From an uncultured cyanobacterium (lineage in GTDB: Bacteria > Cyanobacteriota > Cyanobacteriia > Phormidesmidales > Phormidesmidaceae), in contig CAWBZI010000006.1 of assembly GCA_963793265.1 (NCBI GenBank), forward strand, positions 224,001 through 288,000: a DNA stretch of 64,000 nucleotides. The letters are read 5' to 3'. The position numbers were made by a program, and so were the translations under genes. This document shows, in pieces, positions 20,589-31,300 of the stretch; within the stretch, counting starts at the first letter, position 1, and every line of letters starts with the position of its first letter. The notes below the pieces were generated by a model. That model did not search any database and had not been told where the DNA came from. It was given only the letters and a program-made list of their open reading frames with translations.

Positions 20589-21796
20589 GGTGGCAAATTC
20601 TAAAGGGCTTTGGTCACGGCGGTGTCTGATGGGAATAGCTGGCCCCTGGCCATTGCCGACGAGAGCAGCGGTTTTTTCTAGGGCCGTTCGTAGCCGTTTG
20701 GCCGCGTAGATAGACATGTCACGGGGGACGCTAATGCGATCGCGCAAATACCGCAAACCCACATCGCTCCCACCAGGCGGCATACACACCTCTCCCGTCA
20801 TCATGCTAGTTAGGGCACACCGCAGCGCCTCATCAAACAGCGCTTGTCTAACGGATTGGCCCGCATAATATTTTGCCGATGCTTAAGCACCCGATGCAGC
20901 GCCTCAGCCTTAGAACTCTCCGGTTCAGGATAAGTCACATCCGGCATGTTCTCCCAGGGGCCTTCATCCACTCTCTTTTGATTGCCCGCCGTCTGCGGTT
21001 CGCTATTCTCGTAGCAGCCCCCCATTTGCGGCGGCAGGTCATGAGCGTGCGTATGAAAATCGCTCTGCGTGCCTCGATACGTAGAACGGCTCTCCATCGC
21101 ATCAAACCAGGCCGACAGACGAGGATTCTCTTCTCTAAGAGAATAGCCTTTGTAGTAGTACAAACTGGCGTTCATTCGCTCTACGTAGGGCGTAAAAACA
21201 ATATCTGCAATGCTGAAGTCTTCTAAAAAGTAAGGCCCTGGCGTATTGCTTAAAGCGGCCTCTACCTTAGCGACGACGGCTAAAAACTGCGCTCGATTAC
21301 TTTTCTCCTGCCCAAACCATCCGCTAGGCTGACACAGCCACCCGCACCAAGCTCGAAACAATTCTCTCTCTAGCTGCCGCATTGGCAACACTTTAGGATG
21401 CTGCATACTATAACCCAAAAGCGCTAACGGGCCAAAAGCATTCTCTAACGCCATGAGAATATCGTCGCTTTCTGTGATGACTCTTCCATCTAGCTCAAGC
21501 GCAGGCAGCATCCCAGAAGGCACCTTTTTTTTATACCAGTCTTCTTTTGTTCCATAACAGAACATCGTGACTTTTTTGATACGATAGGGAATTTGCTTTT
21601 CCTCTAGCCACAGCCATACCTTCTGGCAGTAAGGGCACCAGGCATGATTGTCTCGATAGAGCGTTACTCGCACATCTGACTCAGCTTTACCAAACAGACG
21701 CAGCCGGGCTTGGGCGTTAGTTGGGCCATTAACGGTATCAGTTTTAAAGTCGGTTAGAGCTTCTAGGTCTGACCATTCAAGCGGGGCAATAGGCAT
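20571..21796 (-). pseudogene. Glutathione S-transferase family gene split by a single-base frameshift near 20843 (pseudogene or sequencing error)
   Basis: [13 protein letters not shown] motif; after ANPLD the protein-like sequence [18 protein letters not shown]...RDMS continues in another frame, joining ORF 20571..20804. Confidence 0.75.
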
Positions 21797-21883
21797 AGGT
21801 AACAATAGCTGCGAAATCGGGCTGCGAAATCGGGCGTTAAAGAATGCATTTCAGTATAGCGCTATGCCATAATCACAAGCTTT

Positions 21884-22864
21884 TTAGCGAGACTGAAAGA
21901 TGTTTTGAACGGCCTGTTTTGAACAAGATGACGAGGCAGTGTCTAGAGCCTGTACGTCTGCCTCACTTAATCGCCAGCCAAGCGCGCCCGTGTTTTGCTG
22001 CGCCTGACGAAGATTTTTCGCACCGGGAATAGGAATAGCGCCTTTGCAAATACACCAGTTAATAGCGACCTGAGCCATGGTCTTTGAACTGGCATCAGCG
22101 ACTTCTCTAAGGCAGCTCAACAAAGGCTGTACGCCCGGTAATAGCTGACCTAGCGCAAACCCTCGCAACCCCTTGGGTAAGTCTTCTTTAGTCGCATACT
22201 TGCCGGTGAGTAAGCCAAGCGCTAGCGGACTGTAGGCAATCAGTCGAATGTCTAGTTCGTCGCAAACGTCTTTAAGACCCAGTTCGGTGACAGGATAGGT
22301 AGAGAGCAAAGAGTATTGAACCTGAAGCGTTTGAATTTTGATACCTTGGGCAGATAGACGCTTGTGAGCTAGGCGCAGGCGCTTGGGGCCAAAGTTAGAG
22401 AGCCCAACGCCTTGAGCAACGCCCTGCTGACACAGCTCAGCTAGGCCGTCGAGAATGGGGCCCTCCTGCCAGGGGAGATAGTTTGCAGTAGACCAGTGCA
22501 TTTGCACCAAATCTAAATGTCCCAAACGCTGGGCGGACGCTTTACCTGCCGAAACGATGGACTGCTTGGTCAGCCGCCAGGGATAGGGAGCAAGCTTGGT
22601 CGCCAGGCAAATCTGGTCTTTATTTTGACCGTTGTAAGCAGTGTTGAAGCGGCCTAGCAACTTTTCACTTTGACCGCTGAGCTTGCCCGTACCGTAAGAG
22701 TCGCCAGTATCAAACAGCGTGACGCCACGGCTAACGCAGTGGTCAAACACCGCGTTCAGCGCCGAGTCCATGCTTTCTTGGTAGTCCCATAAAAGGCGGT
22801 TGCCCCAGGCCCAGGTGCCGCAGCCCATCTCAGGCAACTTAAGGATAGAAGAGGTAGGCTGCAT
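21884..22864 (-). CDS. Aldo/keto reductase
   Basis: GCGTWAWG, FDTGDSYG, VGLSNFG, AYSPLALG, PIPGAKN; ATG at 22864. Confidence 0.92.
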   Translation of the reverse strand: MQPTSSILKLPEMGCGTWAWGNRLLWDYQESMDSALNAVFDHCVSRGVTLFDTGDSYGTGKLSGQSEKLLGRFNTAYNGQNKDQICLATKLAPYPWRLTKQSIVSAGKASAQRLGHLDLVQMHWSTANYLPWQEGPILDGLAELCQQGVAQGVGLSNFGPKRLRLAHKRLSAQGIKIQTLQVQYSLLSTYPVTELGLKDVCDELDIRLIAYSPLALGLLTGKYATKEDLPKGLRGFALGQLLPGVQPLLSCLREVADASSKTMAQVAINWCICKGAIPIPGAKNLRQAQQNTGALGWRLSEADVQALDTASSSCSKQAVQNIFQSR

Positions 22865-22928
22865 GAATGAAGAAGCGCCGCTGAATGATGTAGCTATCTT
22901 CTCATATCGCACTGGGAATAAGAAAGGC

Positions 22929-22970
22929 AAAAAAAAGGTAAGGAAGCTGTGTAGAGACTTCCTTACCTTT
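22929..22970 (-). terminator. Intrinsic terminator downstream of 23057..23425
   Basis: aaaggtaaggaag/cttccttaccttt stem with A8 run on the plus strand. Confidence 0.75.
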
Positions 22971-23056
22971 GGTGGTTCACGCTAACGCTGTTTTGTTTGT
23001 ATAGCTATGCTTGAATTTGGCTGTGAATGTTTTTTAGGTTGCTTGATGGGCTATGG

Positions 23057-23425
23057 CTAAAAGCCATAGTCAGAGGTGATAGAAACTGAACAGCCCGCAG
23101 CGCTCAGACAAGAGGGCATCGCAACTTTTACAACAAATGTGCCTTCGTAAGGCGCAGTCACGATGGGGAAAGAGTCGATTTGCTCGTCAGCAGCTACAAG
23201 CCTGCCGGTATCGTCATACAAGAACAAATCAAGATCTTGACAGTCTTCATTGCAAGTTGCATAAACATCTTCGCCTTGCAACAAATAGCCCGTCATGGTT
23301 GCAGATTCACTATTTCGCAGCCAGCTTGTGCGATCTTGGGCAACAGCAGCGCTGCTCATACTTGCCAGAGTCATTGCAGCAACAGCAGCACTAGCAACAG
23401 TTCGGAATTTAGCAGTTAAATACAT
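23057..23425 (-). CDS. Small exported Cys-containing beta-domain protein (PPC-like)
   Basis: Signal peptide (AVA-Q); CNEDCQDLDLFLYD motif; C-terminal C-x5-C. Confidence 0.7.
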   Translation of the reverse strand: MYLTAKFRTVASAAVAAMTLASMSSAAVAQDRTSWLRNSESATMTGYLLQGEDVYATCNEDCQDLDLFLYDDTGRLVAADEQIDSFPIVTAPYEGTFVVKVAMPSCLSAAGCSVSITSDYGF

Positions 23426-23856
23426 ATAACAATCTTCTTGAATACAAATATGGCAATAATGATATTGGCCTTAGAGCGACCTGAGAAATAGCGCTCAAGA
23501 GCAAGGGCTTCTTCGGTCGCGCAGACTTAATCGTCTGAACCCAGAATTGACTAGACGGTGCAAAAGTTAACAAGGCGATCGCACACAGCTGGCGCACAAT
23601 CTCTTTAATTCAGCACGCACGTAAAAGAATGCACCTAGGCAAAAACAAAAACAGTGAAATGAATTGATACTGGCATATCGTTTTTGGAGACAGACTTTGA
23701 GAGACGATTGAATGACAGGTAGGCCCCACTGTTCTCTCTTACCCAGTAACAAATGTTGTTCTGGCAACAGAGTATGAAGTTTTTATGAATATGAAACCTA
23801 CCATAGTTGTTCTATTGTCAGTATATTTATCATAAATAGTGCCCTAGCCTCGATAT

Positions 23857-24168
23857 CTAACGACGAGGCTGACATACGCCATGCAAACCAATTGCGGCCA
23901 ATATGGCGCTTAGCAAGGCCCAAATGCCGTCGGCCATAAGATTAATTCGATGAATGTTTTGCTGGGCTTCAGCGACAAAAAGCGCCTCTAAGGTAGACGA
24001 CTGCTGGATTACTGCTGTGAAGTAGTCATAATCTTTCTGTAGCTGATCCCAATCTTGCAGAGCGTAATAGCCGAAAACAATGACGCCGATAACACCGGGC
24101 ACCGTAGTGAGCAGTAAAAGTAGCGCCGCTGAAATGAAAGATCGAAAAGAAGAAGCTGAATTTTTCAC
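23857..24168 (-). CDS. Hypothetical two-TM membrane protein
   Basis: Two hydrophobic segments; start codon uncertain. Confidence 0.65.
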   Translation of the reverse strand: MKNSASSFRSFISAALLLLLTTVPGVIGVIVFGYYALQDWDQLQKDYDYFTAVIQQSSTLEALFVAEAQQNIHRINLMADGIWALLSAILAAIGLHGVCQPRR

Positions 24169-24400
24169 GCTGTTATTTGCAGTAGTTGAGATTTTTTAAG
24201 GAGCTTAAGCAGATGGTCTTGAGCTGTATCGATATTAAAGGTACTTCGTTTTGCGACTGTTAAACCGGAGGACTGGTTACCGTATACAAGTTGCCTTGAA
24301 AGTCGCCTAAATATGTCTAATATATGGGAGGTGTCTGAAGCGTTACTGTTTGAGACATCATTCAGGGTTCTATCCGAGCTGAGAACACGGGCTAAACATC

Positions 24401-25874
24401 ATGGGTGATCATCCATCAACTGACACATCTGGCAGTGAAAAGGCATCTGAGCAAGCAGCAGAGAAGACAAGTGAGGAAATGTCTGAGCAGGCAGTCGAAA
24501 AGCTGGCCGGAGACACTCGCTGATAAAGCTAACCGAAAATCTGCTTGGAAAGGGGCGATCGCACGTTCAATTAGCGTATGGCAAAGTGCCCAGGAAAAAA
24601 TTTCCACTCAGCTTACCGATCGAATACCCACAAAATGGCTACCCACCGATTCTATACAGCTTCGCCAGGTGTATGCAGATGCTCAAAAAAGTGTGCAGAG
24701 CAATGTGCAAAGCAACACCCAAAATATTCTCAAAGCGTTCAGCGTTGACGATCAAAAAATTGTCGAGATTTTGCAGCAGGTACGCGCTGAGCTGCCCACA
24801 ACCGAAGCCCTTTTAATCGGCAAGCCGCAGGCAGGCAAAAGCTCAATCGTCAGAGGCTTAACAGGCGTATCTGCTGAAATCGTGGGTCAGGGATTTCGCC
24901 CGCACACGCAAAACACAGCCCGCTACGCCTATCCGTCTGAAGAGCTGCCGCTGCTGATTTTTACAGACACCGTTGGCTTAGGCGATATCACCCGAGAAAC
25001 CAGCGGCATTGTGCAAGAGCTAACTGACGAACTAAAGCCAGACAGCCGCGCCCAAATCCTGATCCTCACGGTAAAAATCAACGACTTCGCCGTCGATCGG
25101 CTCCGTCAGATTGTGCAGCAGCTTAGAAGCACCTACCCAGACTTGCCCTGCCTACTAGCGGTGACCTGCCTGCACGAAATCTATCCGCCTGAGTGGGAGA
25201 ATCATCCCAGCTATCCCCCTAAGCAGCCGGATCTACACAGAGCGTTTGAGGCTATCAAAGAAGCCTTTGCTGGCTGCTTCGACCGAGCGGTTTTACTAGA
25301 CTTTACGCTTGAAGAAGATGGCTTCGATCCTATTTTCTATGGGCAGACCGCACTGCGAGATACCCTAGCAGAGCTATTGCCTGAAGCTGAATCTAGCGCC
25401 ATCTACCAGCTCATAGACGATCAGGAAATGGCGAGCGCTCAGCTTGGCGATCTGTATCGAGACGTGGGCCGCCGGTATATTTCGGCCTTCTCGGTGATCG
25501 CAGCGACCCTAGCAGCGGTGCCGCTACCCTTTGCAACGATGCCGGTACTCACAGCGCTGCAAATTTCGATGGTGGGCGTGCTAGGTCAGCTATACGGGCA
25601 AAGGCTGACGCCTTCTCAGGCGGGCGGGGTGGTGAGTGCGATCGCGGGCGGTTTTTTTGCGCAAGCAATCGGGCGAGAGCTGATTAAGTTTGTGCCTGGC
25701 TTTGGAAGCGTTGTAGCGGCCTCGTGGGCGGCGGGCTATACCTGGGCGCTAGGGGAAGGAGCCTGCGCTTATTTTGGTGATTTGATGGGCGGGAAAAAAC
25801 CTGACCCTGAGAAAATTAAGCAGGTGATGGCTGAAGCGTTTGAATCGGCAAAAGAACGATTTCGTAATAGCTGA
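24401..25874 (+). CDS. Era-like GTPase / YcjF-DUF697 protein; N-terminus probably frameshifted at ~24509
   Basis: GKPQAGKS (G1), DTVG (G3), C-terminal AAVPLPFA/DUF697-like helices; ATG 24401 frame joins the main frame if one G is removed. Confidence 0.8.
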
Positions 25875-25904
25875 GGATTGGATAGTCATAGGATTGCTGC
25901 ATTG

Positions 25905-25930
25905 GAGGGCATACGATCTTATGCCCCTAC
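25905..25930 (-). repeat. REP-like GTAG palindrome
   Basis: Minus strand GTAG-GGGCATA-agatcg-TATGCCC. Confidence 0.6.
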
Positions 25931-26420
25931 AGTTTTTTGTTTTTTCAAATAGGCTTCTCGTTTTGAGACGTTTTAGCAGCTGAGAGCGAATTTTAAAGCA
26001 TTTATAAAGAGATTTCTGGACATAGCTTAGAGAAGCTTTCTCAGTAGTGCTTAATTAACAAAACCGCCTAGTTATCTGCATAGTAGGCACCAATAGCAGC
26101 ACTAAGATGTCCGCTATGGAGCACTGCTAACCCTTGAGAAATCAGAACCATATCAACACAACTACTATTTATATAGCCGAATGTGAAGGTTCTGTGAATG
26201 TCTAAACAACCCCATAGCTATGACAGATCTGCCCGCTAAGCTTTACTAAATCAGCTGCGCTCAAGTCAATGCCTGCATACCTTTACGGCCTCTTAGCATT
26301 GATTACTTTATTTAATATCAAAACTTTCTCATAAGAAACGCGTAGGCAAGCTCTTGAAGCCCTCTTTTGATGGACTTTACTTAGGCGAGCTTTTTAGTCC
26401 TCAGGTTTCTTCTTCATTTT

Positions 26421-26891
26421 ATGACTTTACCAAACTCACTAAAAGCTACCGTCCGTAATAGGGCATCAGTCGCCACGAGACATCCGCTTGAGCGATCGCA
26501 CCTCAACAACATACTCAATCGATTCAACCCGACCGAGATTGAATTTCCGCCTGAAACTAGCGGCGTTTATACCGATTTAGCGATTGCTGAATACAAGCTG
26601 CGAATGTACGCGCTGGCGTGGACAGCGATAGAGGCAATAGTAGGGCCAAGCCTGAGCGTGTTTTTAATTTTGGAGCCGATTGAGGGCAGCTATCTGCCGA
26701 TGGATACTCGGCTGACGGTGAAAGAAAATAATTTACTGGTTGATGAACCTAACCTGCGCTGGACAAATCATCCGACATATCTGTATACGCAGGTATTCGG
26801 CGCACGAGAAGAGGAGTTTACGGTCGAGATTTTGCTGCCTAACGCACATCCCTATGAGCTGCCCTCGTTGATGTTTACTCAGCACAAATGA
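26421..26891 (+). CDS. Hypothetical protein resembling the C-terminal part of DUF1822 proteins
   Basis: YTDL..KLRMYALAW, LIL...LP..RLTV, YLYTQVFG..EEFTVEI..LP pattern (recalled similarity). Confidence 0.55.
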   Translation: MTLPNSLKATVRNRASVATRHPLERSHLNNILNRFNPTEIEFPPETSGVYTDLAIAEYKLRMYALAWTAIEAIVGPSLSVFLILEPIEGSYLPMDTRLTVKENNLLVDEPNLRWTNHPTYLYTQVFGAREEEFTVEILLPNAHPYELPSLMFTQHK

Positions 26892-26944
26892 ATAGATTGA
26901 ATCGATAGAATAGAGCCTGAACGTTCAAGAGCGCCACAGGATCT

Positions 26945-27841
26945 ATGACCACATCCGTCGAATCATCTACGCTTTCACCAATCGAACAGCGGCTAGAGCC
27001 ACATATCCAAGATCTTGGCGGCTTTAAGGCACGACGCGCGCTGCCCCAAGACGACCGCACGCTTGTCGGCCCGTTTATCTTTTTTGATCATCTAGGGCCT
27101 GCCACGTTTCCGCCTGGTAAAGGCGTAGATGTCAGGCCGCATCCTCACATCAATTTGGCGACGGTGACCTACCTTTTTGAAGGGTCGCTGATGCATCGCG
27201 ACAGCCTGGGCACGGTGCAAGAAATCCGGCCTGGCGCAGTGAACTGGATGACGGCAGGCAAGGGGATTTCGCACTCTGAGCGATCGCCCGAAAGCACCCG
27301 CGATCAAACCGTCACGCTCCACGCCATTCAAACCTGGGTAGCCCTGCCTGAGTCTGACGAAGAGGTAGACCCCTCTTTTTATCACTACGCCTCAGACGAG
27401 ATGCCGCAGTGGCAAGAAAATGGAGCTACCGTCAAGCTGATTGCTGGTAAAGCTAACGGTCATCGTTCGCCTGTGCAGGTTTATTCGCCAACGTTGTATT
27501 TAGACGTGCAGCTAGAAGCAGGTGGCGCGTTTGAGGTCGCCGCAGACTATAGCGAACGCGCAATTTATAGCGTCACGGCTGGATTAAGCGTGGCGGGTGA
27601 GGCTTTGGAGCAGCATCGATTGGCGGTGCTGAGGGCAGGAGAGGCCGTCACTATTGAGGCGAGTGCGGCAGCGCGGTGCGTTGTGATTGGAGGAGAGCCA
27701 GTGGGCGATCGCATTAAATGGTGGAATTTTGTCTCTAGTCGGCCCGAGCGAATTGAGCAGGCGAAAAGAGACTGGCGCAGTAAAGAATTTGTACAAGTAC
27801 CTGATGATGATGAGTTTATTCCTTTGCCAGAGATCCTGTAG
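26945..27841 (+). CDS. Pirin family protein
   Basis: GPFIFFDH, RPHPHI, HRDSLG, WMTAGKGISHSE, QTWVALP. Confidence 0.95.
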   Translation: MTTSVESSTLSPIEQRLEPHIQDLGGFKARRALPQDDRTLVGPFIFFDHLGPATFPPGKGVDVRPHPHINLATVTYLFEGSLMHRDSLGTVQEIRPGAVNWMTAGKGISHSERSPESTRDQTVTLHAIQTWVALPESDEEVDPSFYHYASDEMPQWQENGATVKLIAGKANGHRSPVQVYSPTLYLDVQLEAGGAFEVAADYSERAIYSVTAGLSVAGEALEQHRLAVLRAGEAVTIEASAAARCVVIGGEPVGDRIKWWNFVSSRPERIEQAKRDWRSKEFVQVPDDDEFIPLPEIL

Positions 27842-28359
27842 GTAGAAGATAGGCATCAGGTATAGAAACGTAGCCTAAGCGATTTAGCTTAAGCTACTTA
27901 GCGTATGCAGCAGTAAAGTAAAGACACCTTTAGGCCGTTGTTGCTAATAACTAACCGTATATATAGGCCATAGCATCAGCTAACACGCTTATATGTACGG
28001 TTTTGCACTGTCTTAATTGCTGATATCAGGCGATCGCAACAATACTTCATTAAACATTATCTCAAGTTTTCCGGGTGTAGAAAGCAGCTTTTTATACCTT
28101 AGCAATATGAATTGCACGTGAGAAATCTCTAGAGATATCAACATCTTTGCAGCGGGATCATTCCCCTGACGCTCCCTACTTAAGTAGTCATCAGCAATAG
28201 GTACGTATCAAAAATATTAATTAGAGTGTGAATTTACTGTTTCAAACAGATCTTTTATTACTAGCCACTCCTATTATCAAGACCTAATTCTACGTAGATA
28301 TGGCAAAAAATTGCCGTATGTAGGAGATATCTGGTGTACCTACCTCTTGAAGATTCACT

Positions 28360-31300
28360 ATGTCTAATAGCAGTTTTGGCGCTCACTCTGGCCTGGGATC
28401 TGGCCTTGATGAGATACTTATTCCAGCCATTACCAATACAGAAATATCTAGCTCACCTTTAGCAGGCAGGCTCGCTAACAACCTGAACCAGCAGGGCAAT
28501 CATCTGGTTGTAATTGATTCGGCGGTAGACAATATCGAGCAGTTGATAGCCGGGATCGACTCAGCCCGAGTTGTGGTGTTGGATAGCGATCGCAATGGCA
28601 TTGAACAGATTTCAGAAGTTCTAGCAGAATACGTCAGAGTGCCGGGAGAAAGTGATCAAACAGCCCCAGGCACAGATGATTTAACGGGGGAACCACTCGA
28701 TAGCCTGCACGTAGTCTCTCACGGCGAGCAGGGCCAGGTTCAGCTAGGCAACACAACGCTAGACACTGAGGCGATCGCGCTTTACGAAACAGAAATATCC
28801 GGCTGGGGCGAGGCCATCTCTTCAGAAGGCGACATTCTGTTCTACGGCTGTAACCTGGCGGTCGGCACCGCCGGGCTTCAGTTTGTTGATCGGCTCTCGC
28901 AGCTAACCGGGGCCGATGTTGCCGCTTCTGACGATTTGACCGGGGCAGGCGGTGACTGGGATTTAGAGGTGACCACAGGCTCTATTGAAGCGCAGGCAAT
29001 TTTAGATAGTGTGACGCAAACCTCTTACTTAGGCACCCTAGCAAGCTACAACGGCAACGAATATGTGCTGACTGACGGGCCAAAAACCTGGGAAATTGCG
29101 CAGGCTGAAGCGAGAAACATAGGCGGCAACTTAGTTACCATTAATGATGCGGCTGAAGAAGCCTGGCTAAAAGAGACGTTTGGAACAGATGAGGGCTTTT
29201 GGATAGGGTTGAGCGATCGCGTTAATGAAGGTCAGTTCACCTGGGCCAACGGTGACGCGGTGACCTACACCAACTGGTTCCCTGGCGAACCCAACGACGC
29301 AGGCGGCGCTCAAGACTACGCCCGCATGAACTTTTTGGGCAGCAAACAGTGGGACGATGCAGGCAGCGGCAGCTTTTTTACAGGCATTATTGAAATCGAG
29401 CCCGTTCCTGTCAGCGGTGAAAAAACCTACAACGGCAGCACCTACGTTTTAACCGGCGAAAAAAGCTGGGAAGCCGCTCAAGCCGAAGCCGAAGCCAAAG
29501 GCGGGAACCTAGTGACTATCAACAACGCTGCTGAAGAAGCCTGGATTCAGGAAAACTTCGGCACCAACCGAGACTTTTGGATAGGCTTTAACGACATTGA
29601 AACCGAAGGGCAGTTTGAATGGGCCAGCGGCGAAGCAGTCACCTACACCAACTGGGCACCCGGAGAACCCAACAACGGTGCAGGCTTTGGCGAACAAGAC
29701 TATGGCCGTATGAACTTTGGCGCTAATAACGAGTGGGACGACCACTTTGCCAACATCTCCCTACAGGGTCTGATCGAAATTAAGGGCGATGTTCCGCCTG
29801 ATCCCGAACCGCCAATACCTGAGCCACCTAATCCAGAGCCACCCGATCCAGAGCCGCCAACAACAAATCCAGGCAACATTTCTATTAAAACCAATCTCAT
29901 CAATATTGGAGAGAATGCGGGCAGCGCTCGAATTAATATCGTACGCACAGGCGGGCGAGACGGCGATTTGACGGTAGACTATCGCACGTTTGATGAAAGC
30001 GCTGAAGTTGGAGAAGACTACGAGGAAACGACAGGCAGCGTTGTCTTCTTTAACGGCGAAATTCAAAAGAGCGTCTCGATACCTATCATCAACGACGATG
30101 AGTCAGAGAGCAACGAACGCTTCAACTTCACGATTGACAACGTGCAGGGCGGCGCTGGACTTGCGGCCCCTCGAACCGCTCAAATTACAATCGTCGACGA
30201 CGATGGTGAGCCCCCAATTCCGAAAAGCTTTGGTGGCAATCAATACGTCCTCACTAACGGCTCAAAAAGCTGGGAAGAAGCTCAGGTCGAAGCTGCAGAG
30301 AAAGGCGGTAACCTAGTCACTATCAACAGCGCTGAAGAGGAAGCCTGGCTACAGGCGAACTACGGCATTAACGAAGACTATTGGATTGGCCTGAACGATG
30401 TCGCCACCGAAGGGCAGTTTGAGTGGGTCAGCGGCCAAGACCTTAACTACACCAACTGGGCGGCAGGAGAACCTAACAATGGCGCAGGCTTTGGCGAACA
30501 AGACTTTGTACGCATGAACTTTGGCAGCACCAACGAATGGGACGACTACACGAACACCCTCACCTTACGAGGCGTCATCGAGATTGGCGGTGACAATACG
30601 CCCGATGACAATCCCAATCCATCCAATCCTCCAAATCCACCCAATCCCACTGGAGAGCCAACTGCAACAACCGTTTACAGCGGCCTCAACCGGCCTGTTG
30701 CAATTGAATGGACGCCGGACAGCTCCAAAATGTTTATCGCTGAAAAAGGAGGCGCGGTTAAAGTCGCTGAAGACGGCAACGTGCTACCAACAGACTTTAT
30801 CAATATTGCCGATCAGGTTAATACGGCCAACGATCGCGGCCTATTAGATATTGCCATTCACCCCAATTTCCCAAGCACGCCCTACGTTTACTTGCTCTAC
30901 AGCTACGATCCGCCAGAAGCAGCAGGCAACAGCGGTCTAGCCGGGCGAGACGGCGGTGGTAACAGGGCAGGCCGACTAACCAGGGTTACAGCGGATGCGA
31001 GCAACGACTATCGCACGGCGGTGAGCGGCAGTGAAGTTGTTTTGGTCGGCAAAAACAGCACTTGGGAGAACTTTAATGGCTTTGTAGATAGCACCGTCAA
31101 CTTCGACGAGCCGCCCGCGGGTATTTTGCCAGGCGGCGGCAATTTGCAAGACTTTATGGCCGCAGACAGTAATTCTCACTCGATTGGTTCAATAGAATTT
31201 GGCAGTGACGGATTGCTCTATGCCAGCAACGGTGACGGTACTTCCTACAATCGCCCTGATCCACGCACCAAGAGGGTTCAAGACGTTGACAACCTTTCTG

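Noticed and set aside
21808..21833. Exact 13-bp duplication gctgcgaaatcgg x2 upstream of the GST gene
   Set aside because: Most simply a slippage duplication; no element between the copies, so not a target-site duplication
29044..30585. Long near-identical DNA repeats (e.g. aacaacggtgcaggctttggcgaacaagac) as a possible CRISPR or DGR template/variable pair
   Set aside because: They are in-frame duplicated C-type lectin domains; no spacer periodicity, cas genes or reverse transcriptase in the window
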